This document shows positions 35,369-46,349 of a stretch of DNA of 64,000 nucleotides, piece after piece; positions within the stretch are counted from its first letter, which is position 1; the number at the start of each line of letters is the position of its first letter. The DNA comes from Candidatus Giovannonibacteria bacterium RIFCSPHIGHO2_12_FULL_44_22 (lineage in GTDB: Bacteria > Patescibacteriota > Minisyncoccia > UBA11713 > 2-01-FULL-45-33). A program made the translations under genes and the position numbers. Location of the stretch: NCBI GenBank assembly GCA_001778695.1, contig MFHU01000003.1, positions 75,112-139,111 of the forward strand, read 5' to 3'. A model generated the notes under the pieces. That model saw only the letters and a list, made by a program, of their open reading frames with translations. It was not told the DNA's origin and did not search any database.

Positions 35369-36082
35369 ATGTCTAAAGTCGATACCGCTGTTATTTTAGC
35401 CGGAGGCAAGGGGCTTCGTTTAAGGCCTGAGACTATAGACAAGCCTAAGGCCATGGTGAGGGTTGCCGGTAAACCCATAATTGAATGGGTTATTCTTTGG
35501 CTTAAAAAAAATGGCATCAAAAATATTGTTTTGAGCGTGGATTACAAAAAGGAAACCCTAGCGAGTCATTTAGGAGACGGCCGTGGCTTCGGAGTTAAAA
35601 TAATTTATAATCACCACAAGGGGGCAAAAGATACCGGGGACGCTTTTCGGAGTGTTTTTAAAAATATAAATCTTCCGGAAACTTTTATCGCGATGAACGG
35701 AGACCAAATAACCAACCTTTCTATTAAAAAATTAGTCGCGCATCATGAAAAGTACCGACCGATTGCCACTGTGGCAGTTTGTCCTATGAAAAGCCCTTTC
35801 GGCATTGTGCATCTAGATGAGAATCATACTATTAGAGCTTTCCATGAAAAGCCGATTTTATATGATAAGCTTATGAATACAGGTATTTACATTTTTGAAC
35901 GCGGGATTCATCATTATTTGCCAAAACATGGAGCAATTGAAAAGACCACTTTTAAGAAATTAGTTAGGGAGAAGCAACTCAATGCTTATGCCCATCGCGG
36001 TTTTTTTAGCACAGTAAACGACCACAAAGACTTGGCATCCACAGAAGAAATTTTAAAAAGAGCAAAGCTTAATTTCATATGA
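35369..36082 (+). CDS. Sugar-phosphate nucleotidyltransferase
   Basis: AVILAGGKGLRLRP...DKPKAMV. Start chosen at MSKVD. Confidence 0.6.
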   Translation: MSKVDTAVILAGGKGLRLRPETIDKPKAMVRVAGKPIIEWVILWLKKNGIKNIVLSVDYKKETLASHLGDGRGFGVKIIYNHHKGAKDTGDAFRSVFKNINLPETFIAMNGDQITNLSIKKLVAHHEKYRPIATVAVCPMKSPFGIVHLDENHTIRAFHEKPILYDKLMNTGIYIFERGIHHYLPKHGAIEKTTFKKLVREKQLNAYAHRGFFSTVNDHKDLASTEEILKRAKLNFI

Positions 36083-37029
36083 GAATTCTTATTACCGGCG
36101 TTACTGGTTTTATCGGAAGCGAGCTCGCGCGGGAGCTCTTAAAAACAGGGGAGTATGAACTTGCCGGGCTGGTTCGCGCCACCTCTGACAGGGGTCATCT
36201 GGACAATATAGCCGATTTGGCGTCAAAACTTCAGCTTTTTTACGCCAACTTCACGGATTGGCACGCTATCCAGCAAGTTGTGCGCTCTTTTCGGCCGAGC
36301 GTAATTTTTCATCTCGGCGCCCAAACTGCAGTCAGGCAGTCTTTTGAACTTTCGCACGAATTCAACGAGACAAATTTTTTGGGGACGATAAATCTCGCGC
36401 ACGCGGCTTTGGAGGTCTCGAATTTCAAGAAATTCATTTTCGCGTCTACAATGGAGGTCTATGGCTGGCAGAAAATCAGGAAAGCATTCAAGGAAGAAAC
36501 AATTTTGTGTCCTGCAAGCCCCTACGCCGTTTCCAAGGCCGCTTCGGAATATTATCTAGAAATGGCGGCAAAAGCCTACGGCTTGCCTTATTTGATTTCT
36601 CGGGCTTGCAATACCTACGGTCGGAAACATAATACGGGATTCATCGTGGAATATCTGATAACAACAATGCTCGCCGGCAAAGATGTTTATATCGGCACTC
36701 CAAAAGCCGTACGGGATATGATGTACGCGAAAGACCATGTAAGTGCCTATTTGAAACTTTTAAAAACTCCTTTAATAAATCAGACTTTCAATTTCGGCAC
36801 CAGTTCCAAAACTAAAATGCTGGATCTCGCCATAAAAATTAAACAGAAGCTTAATTTTAAGGGCAAAATTATTTCCCACTTTCCCGCGAATTATCCGTAT
36901 CGTCCGGTGGCGGAAGAATTTCTTTCAATTGACGCGTCCAAAGCCAAACGCCTTTTGAAATGGAAACCTAAATATTCTTTGGATAAAGGTTTGGACAAAA
37001 CCATCGCTTATTGGAAAAAACAAATTTAA
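36079..37029 (+). CDS. NAD-dependent epimerase/dehydratase
   Basis: ILITGVTGFIGSEL Rossmann motif and YAVSKAASE (YxxxK). Confidence 0.7.
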   Translation: MRILITGVTGFIGSELARELLKTGEYELAGLVRATSDRGHLDNIADLASKLQLFYANFTDWHAIQQVVRSFRPSVIFHLGAQTAVRQSFELSHEFNETNFLGTINLAHAALEVSNFKKFIFASTMEVYGWQKIRKAFKEETILCPASPYAVSKAASEYYLEMAAKAYGLPYLISRACNTYGRKHNTGFIVEYLITTMLAGKDVYIGTPKAVRDMMYAKDHVSAYLKLLKTPLINQTFNFGTSSKTKMLDLAIKIKQKLNFKGKIISHFPANYPYRPVAEEFLSIDASKAKRLLKWKPKYSLDKGLDKTIAYWKKQI

Positions 37030-37030
37030 A

Positions 37031-37771
37031 CTAAAACACGCTAAAAATATGTTTTATACGCTGGAGAAATCCCCAAAAGACAGGGTTCATATAAGAAAAA
37101 AATTGTTTATGGTAGCGGAGAGTGGATTCTTTCGGACTTTTTTCGTAGTGTATAGGTATTTCTAAAAAAGTGGCTCCACGGAAATAAGCTTTGATAGGAA
37201 GCTCCACATGGAACCCAAAGCCGTTGTTTTCAATTTTAATATCTGTAACTTTCTTTAGGCGGTAGAGCTTGAAGCCCGTAGTTAAATCATTTACTGGGAG
37301 GCCAGTTAGAACCCTTGCAAATACGTTATAAAAACGGCTCAAAAAACGCCGTTGCGAACTTAAAGTAGCGCTTCCGCCTTTCACGAATCTGGAGCCAATG
37401 ATAATATCAGCTTTCTCGCGAGAGTCAAAGAGTTGCCTGATATCCTCAGGATTATGGGAAAGATCGCAGTCCATGATTAGAAAAAAATTTCCAGCAGCAT
37501 TTTTAATGCCTTCTTTTAGAGAACTCCCAAGGTCTTTGGAAGAGCGGTTGTAGCGCTGGATTACTTTAAGGCGCGGTTCGGTTTTGGCAAGTGCCGCGGC
37601 GATATCTCCAGTACGGTCAGCGCTGTGATTATTCAAAAAAATCAATTCACCGTCTATGTCATATTTTTTAAAAATCTCCAGCACTTGCCTTAGAATGGCC
37701 TCAACGCGAGCTTCCTCGTTTAAAGCAGAGATGATCACGGAAAGAACAGGATGATGGTTAAATGAGTTCAT
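37031..37771 (-). CDS. GT2 polyprenyl-phosphate glycosyltransferase (DPM1-like)
   Basis: LSVIISALNEE, NNHSADRTG and DCDLSHNPED. Soluble, 246 aa. Confidence 0.6.
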   Translation of the reverse strand: MNSFNHHPVLSVIISALNEEARVEAILRQVLEIFKKYDIDGELIFLNNHSADRTGDIAAALAKTEPRLKVIQRYNRSSKDLGSSLKEGIKNAAGNFFLIMDCDLSHNPEDIRQLFDSREKADIIIGSRFVKGGSATLSSQRRFLSRFYNVFARVLTGLPVNDLTTGFKLYRLKKVTDIKIENNGFGFHVELPIKAYFRGATFLEIPIHYEKSPKESTLRYHKQFFSYMNPVFWGFLQRIKHIFSVF

Positions 37772-39436
37772 TTATGGAGTAGAGTTTAGTTGGTATATTT
37801 CTATTCTAGGCCCTAAACTCTCTAATTTAAATAGACCCAAGGGATTACCAAAATTTCCGTCTCTTAGGTCATATTCTTTCTGCATGTCGCCGAAAGATTT
37901 TACTAAAACAGAATTTTTTGTAAGCACTTTAAGTTGATTGGTCCTTGCATTGTCGCCCGGCGGGTAAGTCGAATCCAAAAAAAGGTATTTGTAGTTATTA
38001 ATTCGCGCGTAATTCATAATATTTTTATAAAAATCATCATTGTTTACCGAGTAGAGATTTAAGACATGAAAATTTGTATAGCCGTGCGGGCTTTCTGCAA
38101 AATTCATTTCAGCATAATCTATTTGTCTCAAGGAAGCGGGGTCAAGAGCTTGCTGTTCTGCGATTGCTTTTTTGGTTGAAGCGAATCTTGTCATGTCGGC
38201 ATAAACCATGATTTTAGTATTTGTTTGCAAATTGGATTCCGCCCATTTTCTAGCTTGTATGCGCGAGTCATTTTTTAGCGCTAGCCAATCAAGCCGTAGA
38301 GAGACCGCGAGCTGCGTCATTAATAAAAGCAAAATAAAACCCGCGACAAAAGTTTTGCGCTGGATGAGCTGTGTTGCTGAATAAAGCCCGTAACCAGCCA
38401 AGATCGCTACTATTGGGAAAAGATAAATTGTAAAGCGCTGTTCATAATGAAATACGAGATAAAATACGCTGACGTAGGAAAAGATGTAAATTAATGCCGT
38501 CCAGAAAAAATTTCTAGCTTTGATGTAACCAAAAATAAATCCCACGGCAGCAAATATCGTTAAAATGGGTTCTGAATATAACTGCGGCTTAAAGAATTGG
38601 CTTGCGTTAACTAAAAATCCATAAATGGATTTGCCTTCTTTTATGGAATTGCCGCTGGCTAAGTGGAAGCCATAAGGATAGACGACGATAGATATAGCGG
38701 CAAGAACAAGGAAAGTGAGGAGGCATATATAAAGAATTTTTTCTTTAAACGCATCAAAGATAGAATATTTTTCGTGGCAAAGATACCAATAGAGCATAAA
38801 AAGCATTGAGAATGCGGCAATCGGGCTTATGCCAAACGCAACTCCGGATATCACTGTGCCGAATAGGTATCTTTTTTTAAAAGACATGTCTGGTTGAGTT
38901 ATAAAAAACATCACCAAGGCAAAAAGAAAAACAGCCGGCAACCAATCCCTAGCAACAAAAGAAAGGTAAATGTGCAGGGCGCTGAAAGCCAGAAGGGTTG
39001 CAGAGAGTAAGGCGAGAAGTTCTGTTTTAAAGATATTTTTAGAGATTTTATAAACAAGCCATACAGTGAGAGTTCCCAGTATTACATTTATAATCCTGGC
39101 TATAATAAAAAAATACGAGAGATCGCTTACTATGTAATTTTTAAATTCCAAGAGGGAGCCGCTAAAAAATAAATATTTTAGGCTAAGCAATAAGCTAAAA
39201 GGAATTAAATAAATATACGACAAGTATGGCGGGAAATATAATGTAGGTTGAAATTCGTTTTGGTGTAAAACCGGCAGCACCGTTTTAAGCTCCAACATCT
39301 TTAGGGCAGCAGCGACAAATGGCGGCTCATCGCCGATTAGCCAGAGAGGAAGGCCGTAACTTACGCCCGCGATTCTTATCAGAAATGCCAAAGCCAGAAT
39401 AAAAATCAGCCATTTTTGGGGCGAAATTTTAAACAT
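37772..39436 (-). CDS. Polytopic membrane glycosyltransferase, GT-C fold (PMT/ArnT-like)
   Basis: First-loop DE motif (LIGDEPPF), more than 10 TM segments and a soluble C-terminal domain. Confidence 0.5.
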   Translation of the reverse strand: MFKISPQKWLIFILALAFLIRIAGVSYGLPLWLIGDEPPFVAAALKMLELKTVLPVLHQNEFQPTLYFPPYLSYIYLIPFSLLLSLKYLFFSGSLLEFKNYIVSDLSYFFIIARIINVILGTLTVWLVYKISKNIFKTELLALLSATLLAFSALHIYLSFVARDWLPAVFLFALVMFFITQPDMSFKKRYLFGTVISGVAFGISPIAAFSMLFMLYWYLCHEKYSIFDAFKEKILYICLLTFLVLAAISIVVYPYGFHLASGNSIKEGKSIYGFLVNASQFFKPQLYSEPILTIFAAVGFIFGYIKARNFFWTALIYIFSYVSVFYLVFHYEQRFTIYLFPIVAILAGYGLYSATQLIQRKTFVAGFILLLLMTQLAVSLRLDWLALKNDSRIQARKWAESNLQTNTKIMVYADMTRFASTKKAIAEQQALDPASLRQIDYAEMNFAESPHGYTNFHVLNLYSVNNDDFYKNIMNYARINNYKYLFLDSTYPPGDNARTNQLKVLTKNSVLVKSFGDMQKEYDLRDGNFGNPLGLFKLESLGPRIEIYQLNSTP

Positions 39437-39479
39437 AGTTAAATTTACTATATATAAAATTTAGTTTATAATCCATAGC

Positions 39480-40184
39480 ATGCCTAAACTGTCTATTATC
39501 ATTCCAGCTTACAACGAAAAGAATACTGTTGCTGAAATAATAAGAAGAGTGAAAAAGGTTGATCTTGGTGATGTAGAAAAAGAAATTATTATAGTTGATG
39601 ACGGTTCTACGGATGGAACCAGAGAAATTTTGGAGAATTTAGGAAAAACCGGAAAATACAAAATTATTTATCAAGAAAAAAATCAAGGCAAAGGCGCTGC
39701 AATTCGGCGCGGCTTTAAAGAAGTCACCGGAGATTTTGTGATTATCCAGGACGCCGACCTGGAGTACGATCCTAATGAATATAAAATCTTGCTTCAGCCG
39801 CTTTTGGACAAAAACGCCGATGTTGTCTACGGCTCCAGATTTATGGGGGCTTCGGCTCACCGCGTTTTGTTTTTTTGGCATTACGTTGGCAACAAAATTC
39901 TTACTGCGCTTTCCAATATTTTGACAGACCTCAATTTAACCGACATGGAGACCGGGTATAAGGCTTTCCGCCGTGAAGCGCTTTTTAAAATTTTGCCTAA
40001 GCTCAAAAGCGACCGTTTCGGGATTGAGCCGGAGCTCACCGCCAGAGTCGCGCGCGCGGGATTCCGTGTTTACGAAGTCGGGATTTCTTACAATGGCCGC
40101 ACTTACGCAGAAGGCAAAAAAATCAGCTGGCGTGACGGTCTCTCCGCCATCTGGGCGATTATCAGATTTAATTTATTTGATTGA
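39480..40184 (+). CDS. GT2 polyprenyl-phosphate glycosyltransferase (DPM1-like)
   Basis: [23 protein letters not shown] and QDADLEYDP. Confidence 0.65.
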   Translation: MPKLSIIIPAYNEKNTVAEIIRRVKKVDLGDVEKEIIIVDDGSTDGTREILENLGKTGKYKIIYQEKNQGKGAAIRRGFKEVTGDFVIIQDADLEYDPNEYKILLQPLLDKNADVVYGSRFMGASAHRVLFFWHYVGNKILTALSNILTDLNLTDMETGYKAFRREALFKILPKLKSDRFGIEPELTARVARAGFRVYEVGISYNGRTYAEGKKISWRDGLSAIWAIIRFNLFD

Positions 40185-41425
40185 TTTTGGACTGGCTTAA
40201 AACTCATAAAACCGAGATTTGGATTTTTCTTCTGGCGTTCGGGGTGCGTTTTTTATATGCGATTTTTGTGCAAATCAAATTCGGGTCGCAAGGGTTTTTG
40301 GCTTACTCGGACGCATTTTCTTTTTATTTGCCTTTGGCAAAAAATTTGGTTGAGAACCATATTTTCAGCATGAGCTCCGTTCCGCCGTATGTATCGGACG
40401 CCTACCGCACGCCGCTTTACCCGCTTTTTTGGGCCGTTTTTTTGTGGTTTAAGCTGCCATTTTTTGTAGTTATTTTTGCGCAGAATATTTTGGCTGGATT
40501 TATGTCCGTTTTGATTTACAGAATCGGTCTGATGATGTTTAACTCAAAAAATATTAGTTTATTCGCGGCCGTTTTAATGAGTGTTGAGCCGATGTCTATT
40601 TACTGGAATAATCTTTTAATGTCTGATTATTTATTCGCCTTTTTATTTATTTTTGCTTTTTATATATTTGTTTCTGGGCATTATTATTTGTTCGCTTTAT
40701 TTTTCGGCTTAGCAACGCTTACCCGCTCAATCGGCATGTATATTTTCCCGCTGTTTTTAGTTACGATGTTGTGGAGAAAAATAGGTTGGAGGAAGATTAT
40801 TCTAACCGCTTTGATATTTTTAGCCATGCTTTTCCCATGGATGCTAAGAAATAAAATTGTTTTTGATACATGGCAATTATCCTCCGCTTCCTGGTATAAT
40901 CTTTACGGCGTTGTTACGCAGATATTCGCGGATAAAGAAGGGTTTATATTGCCGCGCCCGCAATCTTTGCCCTACGATCTAGCAAGCGTGCCATTTTATA
41001 AACAACATTTTTTTGAAATTTTCAAAGAAAAGCCACTGTCCTATGTTAAATTTTACATATCAGTTGTTTCGCGCTCTTTCTTTAAAAATCCTTACATGTA
41101 TCTTTCAGAATATGTTATAAAACCCAAATTTCCCCAATTTTTTTACGGATTTACGCTGCTACTTATCAATTTCGCGGTCGTTGTCGGCGGATTATTTTTA
41201 GTAGCAATTTATACTTTTGCTTTTTTGGGTTGGTTATCCAAAGATGCGAGACTGTGGTTTTCTTTAATATTTTTTATTATCTTCTTCAATGCTTTTTCTT
41301 TGGGCGCCCTTGGTTTAGGCGCAGATATGAGCCGCTATATGTTGCCTTTAACGCCGTTTACGTTCCTTTTCGCTGGCGCCGGATTTAATTTAATAGTTAA
41401 TAAGTATTCGTCATGGCCGATATAG
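40181..41425 (+). CDS. Polytopic membrane protein, possible GT-C glycosyltransferase
   Basis: Many TM segments. Start overlaps the upstream GT2 stop. Confidence 0.4.
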   Translation: MILDWLKTHKTEIWIFLLAFGVRFLYAIFVQIKFGSQGFLAYSDAFSFYLPLAKNLVENHIFSMSSVPPYVSDAYRTPLYPLFWAVFLWFKLPFFVVIFAQNILAGFMSVLIYRIGLMMFNSKNISLFAAVLMSVEPMSIYWNNLLMSDYLFAFLFIFAFYIFVSGHYYLFALFFGLATLTRSIGMYIFPLFLVTMLWRKIGWRKIILTALIFLAMLFPWMLRNKIVFDTWQLSSASWYNLYGVVTQIFADKEGFILPRPQSLPYDLASVPFYKQHFFEIFKEKPLSYVKFYISVVSRSFFKNPYMYLSEYVIKPKFPQFFYGFTLLLINFAVVVGGLFLVAIYTFAFLGWLSKDARLWFSLIFFIIFFNAFSLGALGLGADMSRYMLPLTPFTFLFAGAGFNLIVNKYSSWPI

Positions 41426-42147
41426 AATTATCAATTGTTTTACCTGTTTTTAACGGGGCCGATATTTTAGAATGGTCTTTGAAATGGTTACAAAGTTGGA
41501 TTATAGAAAAACCTTATAAAGTTGAGCTTATAGTCGTAAACGACGGCAGTACAGACGCAACAAAAAACATCTCGGAAAATTTTCTAGGAACGCTTGACTA
41601 TTATCAATTTATCAATTTTCCCGAAAATAGAGGCAAGGGATTTGCCACAAAAGCTGGGATGCGAGCCGCCAGTGGAAAGTTTGTTGTTTTTACCGATGCC
41701 GACCTTTCTTACGGCGTGGATATTTTTGATGCCATGCATCAATGTATGAGAACAGATAAAAATATCCAATTATTGTACGGCTCTCGCAGACATCCACAAT
41801 CCAAGGGTTATGCGGGATATACCAAATTAAGGAGGTTCTCCAGTTTGCTTTTTTCCAATTTAGTGTGCTTTATAGTTCTGCCGGGAGTAAAGGACACTCA
41901 ATGCGGCGTAAAAATGTTCCGAAAAGAATTTGCCGCGCTGGCGGCTCAAAAACTAACTATTAATCATTTCGCCTTTGATATTGAATTGTTTGTAATTGCA
42001 AAAGCTCATAATTTAATGTTCCAAGATTTTCCGGTCGCGCTTAGTCACAGGGAAGAAAGTAGCGTCAGGCTTATAACAGACGCTTTGTTTATGATAAAAG
42101 ATATTTGTTTAATGAAAATAAATATTTGGTTAGGGCGTTATAAATAA
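41413..42147 (+). CDS. GT2 polyprenyl-phosphate glycosyltransferase (DPM1-like)
   Basis: LSIVLPVFNGAD, VVNDGSTDAT and TDADLSY. Confidence 0.65.
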   Translation: MADIELSIVLPVFNGADILEWSLKWLQSWIIEKPYKVELIVVNDGSTDATKNISENFLGTLDYYQFINFPENRGKGFATKAGMRAASGKFVVFTDADLSYGVDIFDAMHQCMRTDKNIQLLYGSRRHPQSKGYAGYTKLRRFSSLLFSNLVCFIVLPGVKDTQCGVKMFRKEFAALAAQKLTINHFAFDIELFVIAKAHNLMFQDFPVALSHREESSVRLITDALFMIKDICLMKINIWLGRYK

Positions 42148-42148
42148 T

Positions 42149-43543
42149 ATGGGAAATAGTTATAAATTTATTCTCTTCGGTCTTACAATAATTTTCATCA
42201 GTTTGATATTTTATGGTTTTCCGGACAGCCCTGCGCCCTGGTTTGATGAAGGCATTAATTTGGGCATAGTAAAATCTTGGCTCAAGCACGGTGTTTACAG
42301 TTTGGAAATCGGCCCCAGCGAATTTATCAAAGAACGATCTTTATTGATTACGACGAATTATCCTCTACTTTTGTGGATCGCGCTTTCTTTTAAATTTTTT
42401 GGCATCGGTTTGTGGCAGGCCAAAATTGTAATGTTTGGGTTTTTATTTATTTTTGCATGCCTATTTTACCTTCTGGCCAAAAAATATTACGGTGCGAATA
42501 GCGCCCTTATGACACTGGCGCTTTTGATTACCTTTTTACCACTTTACGGGAATGGCAAAAGCGCTTTGGGAGAAATCCCGGGGCTTACGTATTTTCTGGG
42601 CGGGCTTTTATTTTGGGAAAGCGAGAAGAAATGGCGAATTTTCACAGCCGGATTACTTTTTGGTTTGGCGGCAGCTACCAAGCCTCTTTATTTGCTTTTA
42701 ATTGTGAGCGTTGCGATAGGCGAGCTTTGGATTTTCGCCGGAGATAGAAAATCCAATTATAAACGCTGGGTGCTACTTGCAAGCGGTTTTGCCCCGCCTT
42801 TGATTTTATGGCTTTACACTCTTTTGCCGGGTCAGCTTTCTTTTGATTATTTAATTAAAACCTGGCAACTCTACAGCAATCCGTACAATATTGAAAATAC
42901 CGCTTTTGTTAATTTCTTGAGATTTTTTAAAGAATCAACTCCGGTTCATTTCGGTTTACTTTTTGGCGCTTTTCTTTTTTCAAAAATTTTCGTAAAACAT
43001 TATTCGCTTAAAAAATTTGAAGTTATTTTGCTTGCATTTATTGTTTTAAATTTACTCTTTTATTTAAAAACCGCGGGATGGTACCGCTATTTTTTCCCTG
43101 CGCACATTTTGCTTTTTATGCTGTTTCCACAGGCGCTTGCCGGCATTATGGAGAAATTTGGTGTTTTGAATTGGATTAAAACTCGCGGCAGCATAATTTT
43201 AATCGCGATTTTGGCTGTGGTTCAAGCAATCGTTCTCGTTGTAAATATTCAAACCAGTTTATACTTAGACAGGACTCCGCGCCAATTTGCCGAAGCTGTC
43301 AACAAAATCGTTCCGCAAGGCCAAGGCATTTTAGTTATTGATTTTCCTGAAATTGTTTTTTTATTAAATCGCGATGATGTTTGGCATTATTTACGCGCTA
43401 ATCCTCATATTACTTTCGGGCGCGATTTGTTTGCGGCGAATCAATATCCTGCTTATGTCATCAGCGATGTTTTGCCGCCCGGCAATAAATATGATATAAA
43501 AATTGATGGCGGTAAATACGTTTTATATGAAAGAAAGAAATAA
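42149..43543 (+). CDS. Polytopic membrane glycosyltransferase, GT-C fold (ArnT/PMT-like)
   Basis: First-loop WFDEG motif and many TM segments. Confidence 0.5.
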   Translation: MGNSYKFILFGLTIIFISLIFYGFPDSPAPWFDEGINLGIVKSWLKHGVYSLEIGPSEFIKERSLLITTNYPLLLWIALSFKFFGIGLWQAKIVMFGFLFIFACLFYLLAKKYYGANSALMTLALLITFLPLYGNGKSALGEIPGLTYFLGGLLFWESEKKWRIFTAGLLFGLAAATKPLYLLLIVSVAIGELWIFAGDRKSNYKRWVLLASGFAPPLILWLYTLLPGQLSFDYLIKTWQLYSNPYNIENTAFVNFLRFFKESTPVHFGLLFGAFLFSKIFVKHYSLKKFEVILLAFIVLNLLFYLKTAGWYRYFFPAHILLFMLFPQALAGIMEKFGVLNWIKTRGSIILIAILAVVQAIVLVVNIQTSLYLDRTPRQFAEAVNKIVPQGQGILVIDFPEIVFLLNRDDVWHYLRANPHITFGRDLFAANQYPAYVISDVLPPGNKYDIKIDGGKYVLYERKK

Positions 43544-43544
43544 A

Positions 43545-44174
43545 ATGCAAAAATTTAAGGATTTTATCACCCTGCCTTTGCGCGCGGTTGCTCTTTTTGA
43601 GACAGGCAAGTGGGGCCTTTCTTCCACGCAGGCGGAGAGATTTGAGTATGCCGCCAAAGAGGTTTTGGGCTGTTGCTTGGATATAGGCTGTGGCAAATAT
43701 AATCTATTTATCAATAAATATTTGAACGGCAATGGCAAAGGCGTAGACATTTTCCCTTACGAAGGCCTGGTAGAAAAAGATATTATGCCTAATTTGGAAA
43801 CCTTTCCTTTTCCGGACCAATCTTTTGACTCCGCTACTTTTATTGCGAGCCTCAACCATATTCCTGAAGAGCTTCGGGATAAAGAACTTGCCGAGTCTTA
43901 CCGCTGTTTGAAAGTCAACAGCAATGTTATTGTTACTATGCCTTGCGCTTTTGCGGGAATATTAATTCATATAATCGTTGCTGTCTACGACAGTATTTTC
44001 GGCACGAATTATGACGTGGATTCTGTAAGAGGCATGCATCAAAATGAAGATTATTATCTGCCTGATAAGGAAATTATAGAAAGGCTTCAGCGCGCCGGAT
44101 TTAAAAATATATCTAAAAAATATTTTTGGACCCAATGGGGGATGAATCACGCGTTTATTGGTTGGAAAAAATAA
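43545..44174 (+). CDS. Class I SAM-dependent methyltransferase
   Basis: Motif I LDIGCGKYN. Start chosen at MQKFKDF, directly after the upstream stop. Confidence 0.55.
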   Translation: MQKFKDFITLPLRAVALFETGKWGLSSTQAERFEYAAKEVLGCCLDIGCGKYNLFINKYLNGNGKGVDIFPYEGLVEKDIMPNLETFPFPDQSFDSATFIASLNHIPEELRDKELAESYRCLKVNSNVIVTMPCAFAGILIHIIVAVYDSIFGTNYDVDSVRGMHQNEDYYLPDKEIIERLQRAGFKNISKKYFWTQWGMNHAFIGWKK

Positions 44175-44177
44175 AAA

Positions 44178-45611
44178 ATGTTAGATGCTGCAAAATTGGC
44201 TATAGCTATCAAATCCACTATTTTTTTGTCTTTTTTTGTCTTACTTTTCATTTATTTTTACTATCGTTATTTTTGGGATAATCCAGGGGCCAGGGATCTT
44301 TTTAAAATATTTATACCCTCTTTTGGCTTTATAGTTTTAGTAAAATTTTTAATCGGCCTTTTCTACAAGGACTATATTCAAGAACTTTTCTTTTTTTACG
44401 CTATCCCGTCACCAAAGGCCATGAGCTTGATTTGGCCGCTAATTGCCTTATTAACTTTTTTTGGTTTTTTATATTATAGAAGAAAAATTGAAGCACTCTC
44501 TAAGAATAAATTTTTACTTATTCTATTTTTAATATTTTTTGCCCTTGCTTTAGGCGTTGCTGGCATTCGCGAGGGCGCAAAGAGCATTGCCGACCCCTTT
44601 ACGCGGACTTTTTGGGAATACAGCGGCAATATGGGATTGGTGCGCACTGTTAAAGATTTTTTACATAATTATATTTCACTTATTCCGCGCTTAGCCGAAC
44701 ACAGCACGACTCACCCGCCGGGATACACTTTGGTTTTATATTTTGTTTATAAATATTTTAAAGCCGGATTTTTTGGCATGTCTTTATGGGTTGTCTTTAT
44801 CGCTGGTCTGACTTTGTGGCCTCTATATTTCTTATGGAGGTATTTTTTAGAAGAGATAGAAGTCAAGCGCGCGTTGGAAATTTTTATATTTGTGCCGAGC
44901 GTCGTGATGATGACCGCGACTTCCATGGAAGGAGTTTTTATGTTTTTGGTTTGGTGCGCAATCGCTTTGGTTTTTATAGGCTGGCAAAAAAATATTTGGC
45001 TGGCAGGATTGGGAGGGCTCGCGGCCGCTATGGCGCTACTTACAAATTTCCTATTTTTGCTTCTTGCCCCGTTTTTTCTTTTTTTGGCTTGGCATGTTAC
45101 ACAAAAAGCAGTCGCAGTTGGCCGTTCCAAGGCATTATTAAGAGTATTTATCTCGTTGGCGTTGTTTTTTCTATTTTTCTTTAGCTTATGGCAATGGTCG
45201 GGATATTCGATTGTAGACAATTTTTTTGCGGCTCTGGCTGCTAATCAAGGCGCTGTTAGGAGTAATTTTGAGTCGATACCCGTGTATTTTCTTTACATCT
45301 TTATGAATATAGTAAACTTTTTAATTTATTTGGGCTTGCCTTTGTTTTTTGTTTTTTTAAAAGGATTGCCGGCGACATTTAAAAACGGCAATCTGCTTTT
45401 TAAAAGCGGATTGTGGATTCTTTTGTTTTTTCTGGCAGTCGGCGTTTTTCAGGCCAATGTGGAGAGATTGTGGTTGTTTATTGTACCGTTTTTTATGGTG
45501 TTTAAAAATAAATTATTTAATGAAGAATGCCGGCCGCTATTTCATCCATTTTTATCTTTGATGCTGTTTCAAATAGTAGTTACGCAGATTTTATTTTATA
45601 CCTTTTTTTGA
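44178..45611 (+). CDS. Polytopic membrane protein (glycan polymerase/GT-C-like?)
   Basis: More than 10 hydrophobic segments. Confidence 0.4.
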   Translation: MLDAAKLAIAIKSTIFLSFFVLLFIYFYYRYFWDNPGARDLFKIFIPSFGFIVLVKFLIGLFYKDYIQELFFFYAIPSPKAMSLIWPLIALLTFFGFLYYRRKIEALSKNKFLLILFLIFFALALGVAGIREGAKSIADPFTRTFWEYSGNMGLVRTVKDFLHNYISLIPRLAEHSTTHPPGYTLVLYFVYKYFKAGFFGMSLWVVFIAGLTLWPLYFLWRYFLEEIEVKRALEIFIFVPSVVMMTATSMEGVFMFLVWCAIALVFIGWQKNIWLAGLGGLAAAMALLTNFLFLLLAPFFLFLAWHVTQKAVAVGRSKALLRVFISLALFFLFFFSLWQWSGYSIVDNFFAALAANQGAVRSNFESIPVYFLYIFMNIVNFLIYLGLPLFFVFLKGLPATFKNGNLLFKSGLWILLFFLAVGVFQANVERLWLFIVPFFMVFKNKLFNEECRPLFHPFLSLMLFQIVVTQILFYTFF

Positions 45612-45612
45612 T

Positions 45613-46332
45613 ATGGATTTCAATCAATATCAGTACGAGGATATGGCGGTCAGGCCGGACGATCCCTATGCCAACGCGAAATACCAGATTATTATTGATT
45701 ATCTAAAAAACGAGAAGCGTCTTAAAATTTTAAACGCCGGCTGCGGATCCGGAGAACTTTCTTTTTTGCTTGCTCGGGCCGGGCATGAGGTTTTGGGCGT
45801 TGATCCGGCGCCCGAATATATAGAGCTGGCTAAACGTCAAGCCGCTGCTAGCGGCGCGCTTTGTAAATTCCAAGTGAGCTCAATTGAGGATTTTTCGGAT
45901 AGCGAAAGCTTTGATTGCGTAATCGCAACCGATGTTTTAGAACATATAAAAGACGGCCAGGCGGCTGCCAATAAATTAGCGAGGTTTGCTCGCTCGGGAG
46001 GACGTTTGATTTTAACCGTGCCGGCGATGCAATCGCTTTTCGGATTTCATGACGAGGAATTGGGCCATTTCAGGCGCTATTCGCGCTCGCAACTTAAAAA
46101 ACTAATTTTGAAAACGCGCTTGATCAAAATAGAAAAAATTCGCTACTTCGGATTTACCTTAATACCAGTTTGTATTTTATTCAGCAAAATTTTGCGGCGC
46201 TCTTACCCTGTGGCCGCGTTTGGGGAAGCGAGAACCGCGCGCGCGGCAGTTCTTAAAATTCTTTTAGCTCTAGACAAAAACTTACCTATGCCGTTTGGCA
46301 CCAGCTTGATTTTATTTGGAAGAAGGGGATAA
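45613..46332 (+). CDS. Class I SAM-dependent methyltransferase
   Basis: ILNAGCGSGELS and DCVIATDVLEH. Confidence 0.65.
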   Translation: MDFNQYQYEDMAVRPDDPYANAKYQIIIDYLKNEKRLKILNAGCGSGELSFLLARAGHEVLGVDPAPEYIELAKRQAAASGALCKFQVSSIEDFSDSESFDCVIATDVLEHIKDGQAAANKLARFARSGGRLILTVPAMQSLFGFHDEELGHFRRYSRSQLKKLILKTRLIKIEKIRYFGFTLIPVCILFSKILRRSYPVAAFGEARTARAAVLKILLALDKNLPMPFGTSLILFGRRG

Positions 46333-46349
46333 TAAAAACAATTATTTAT

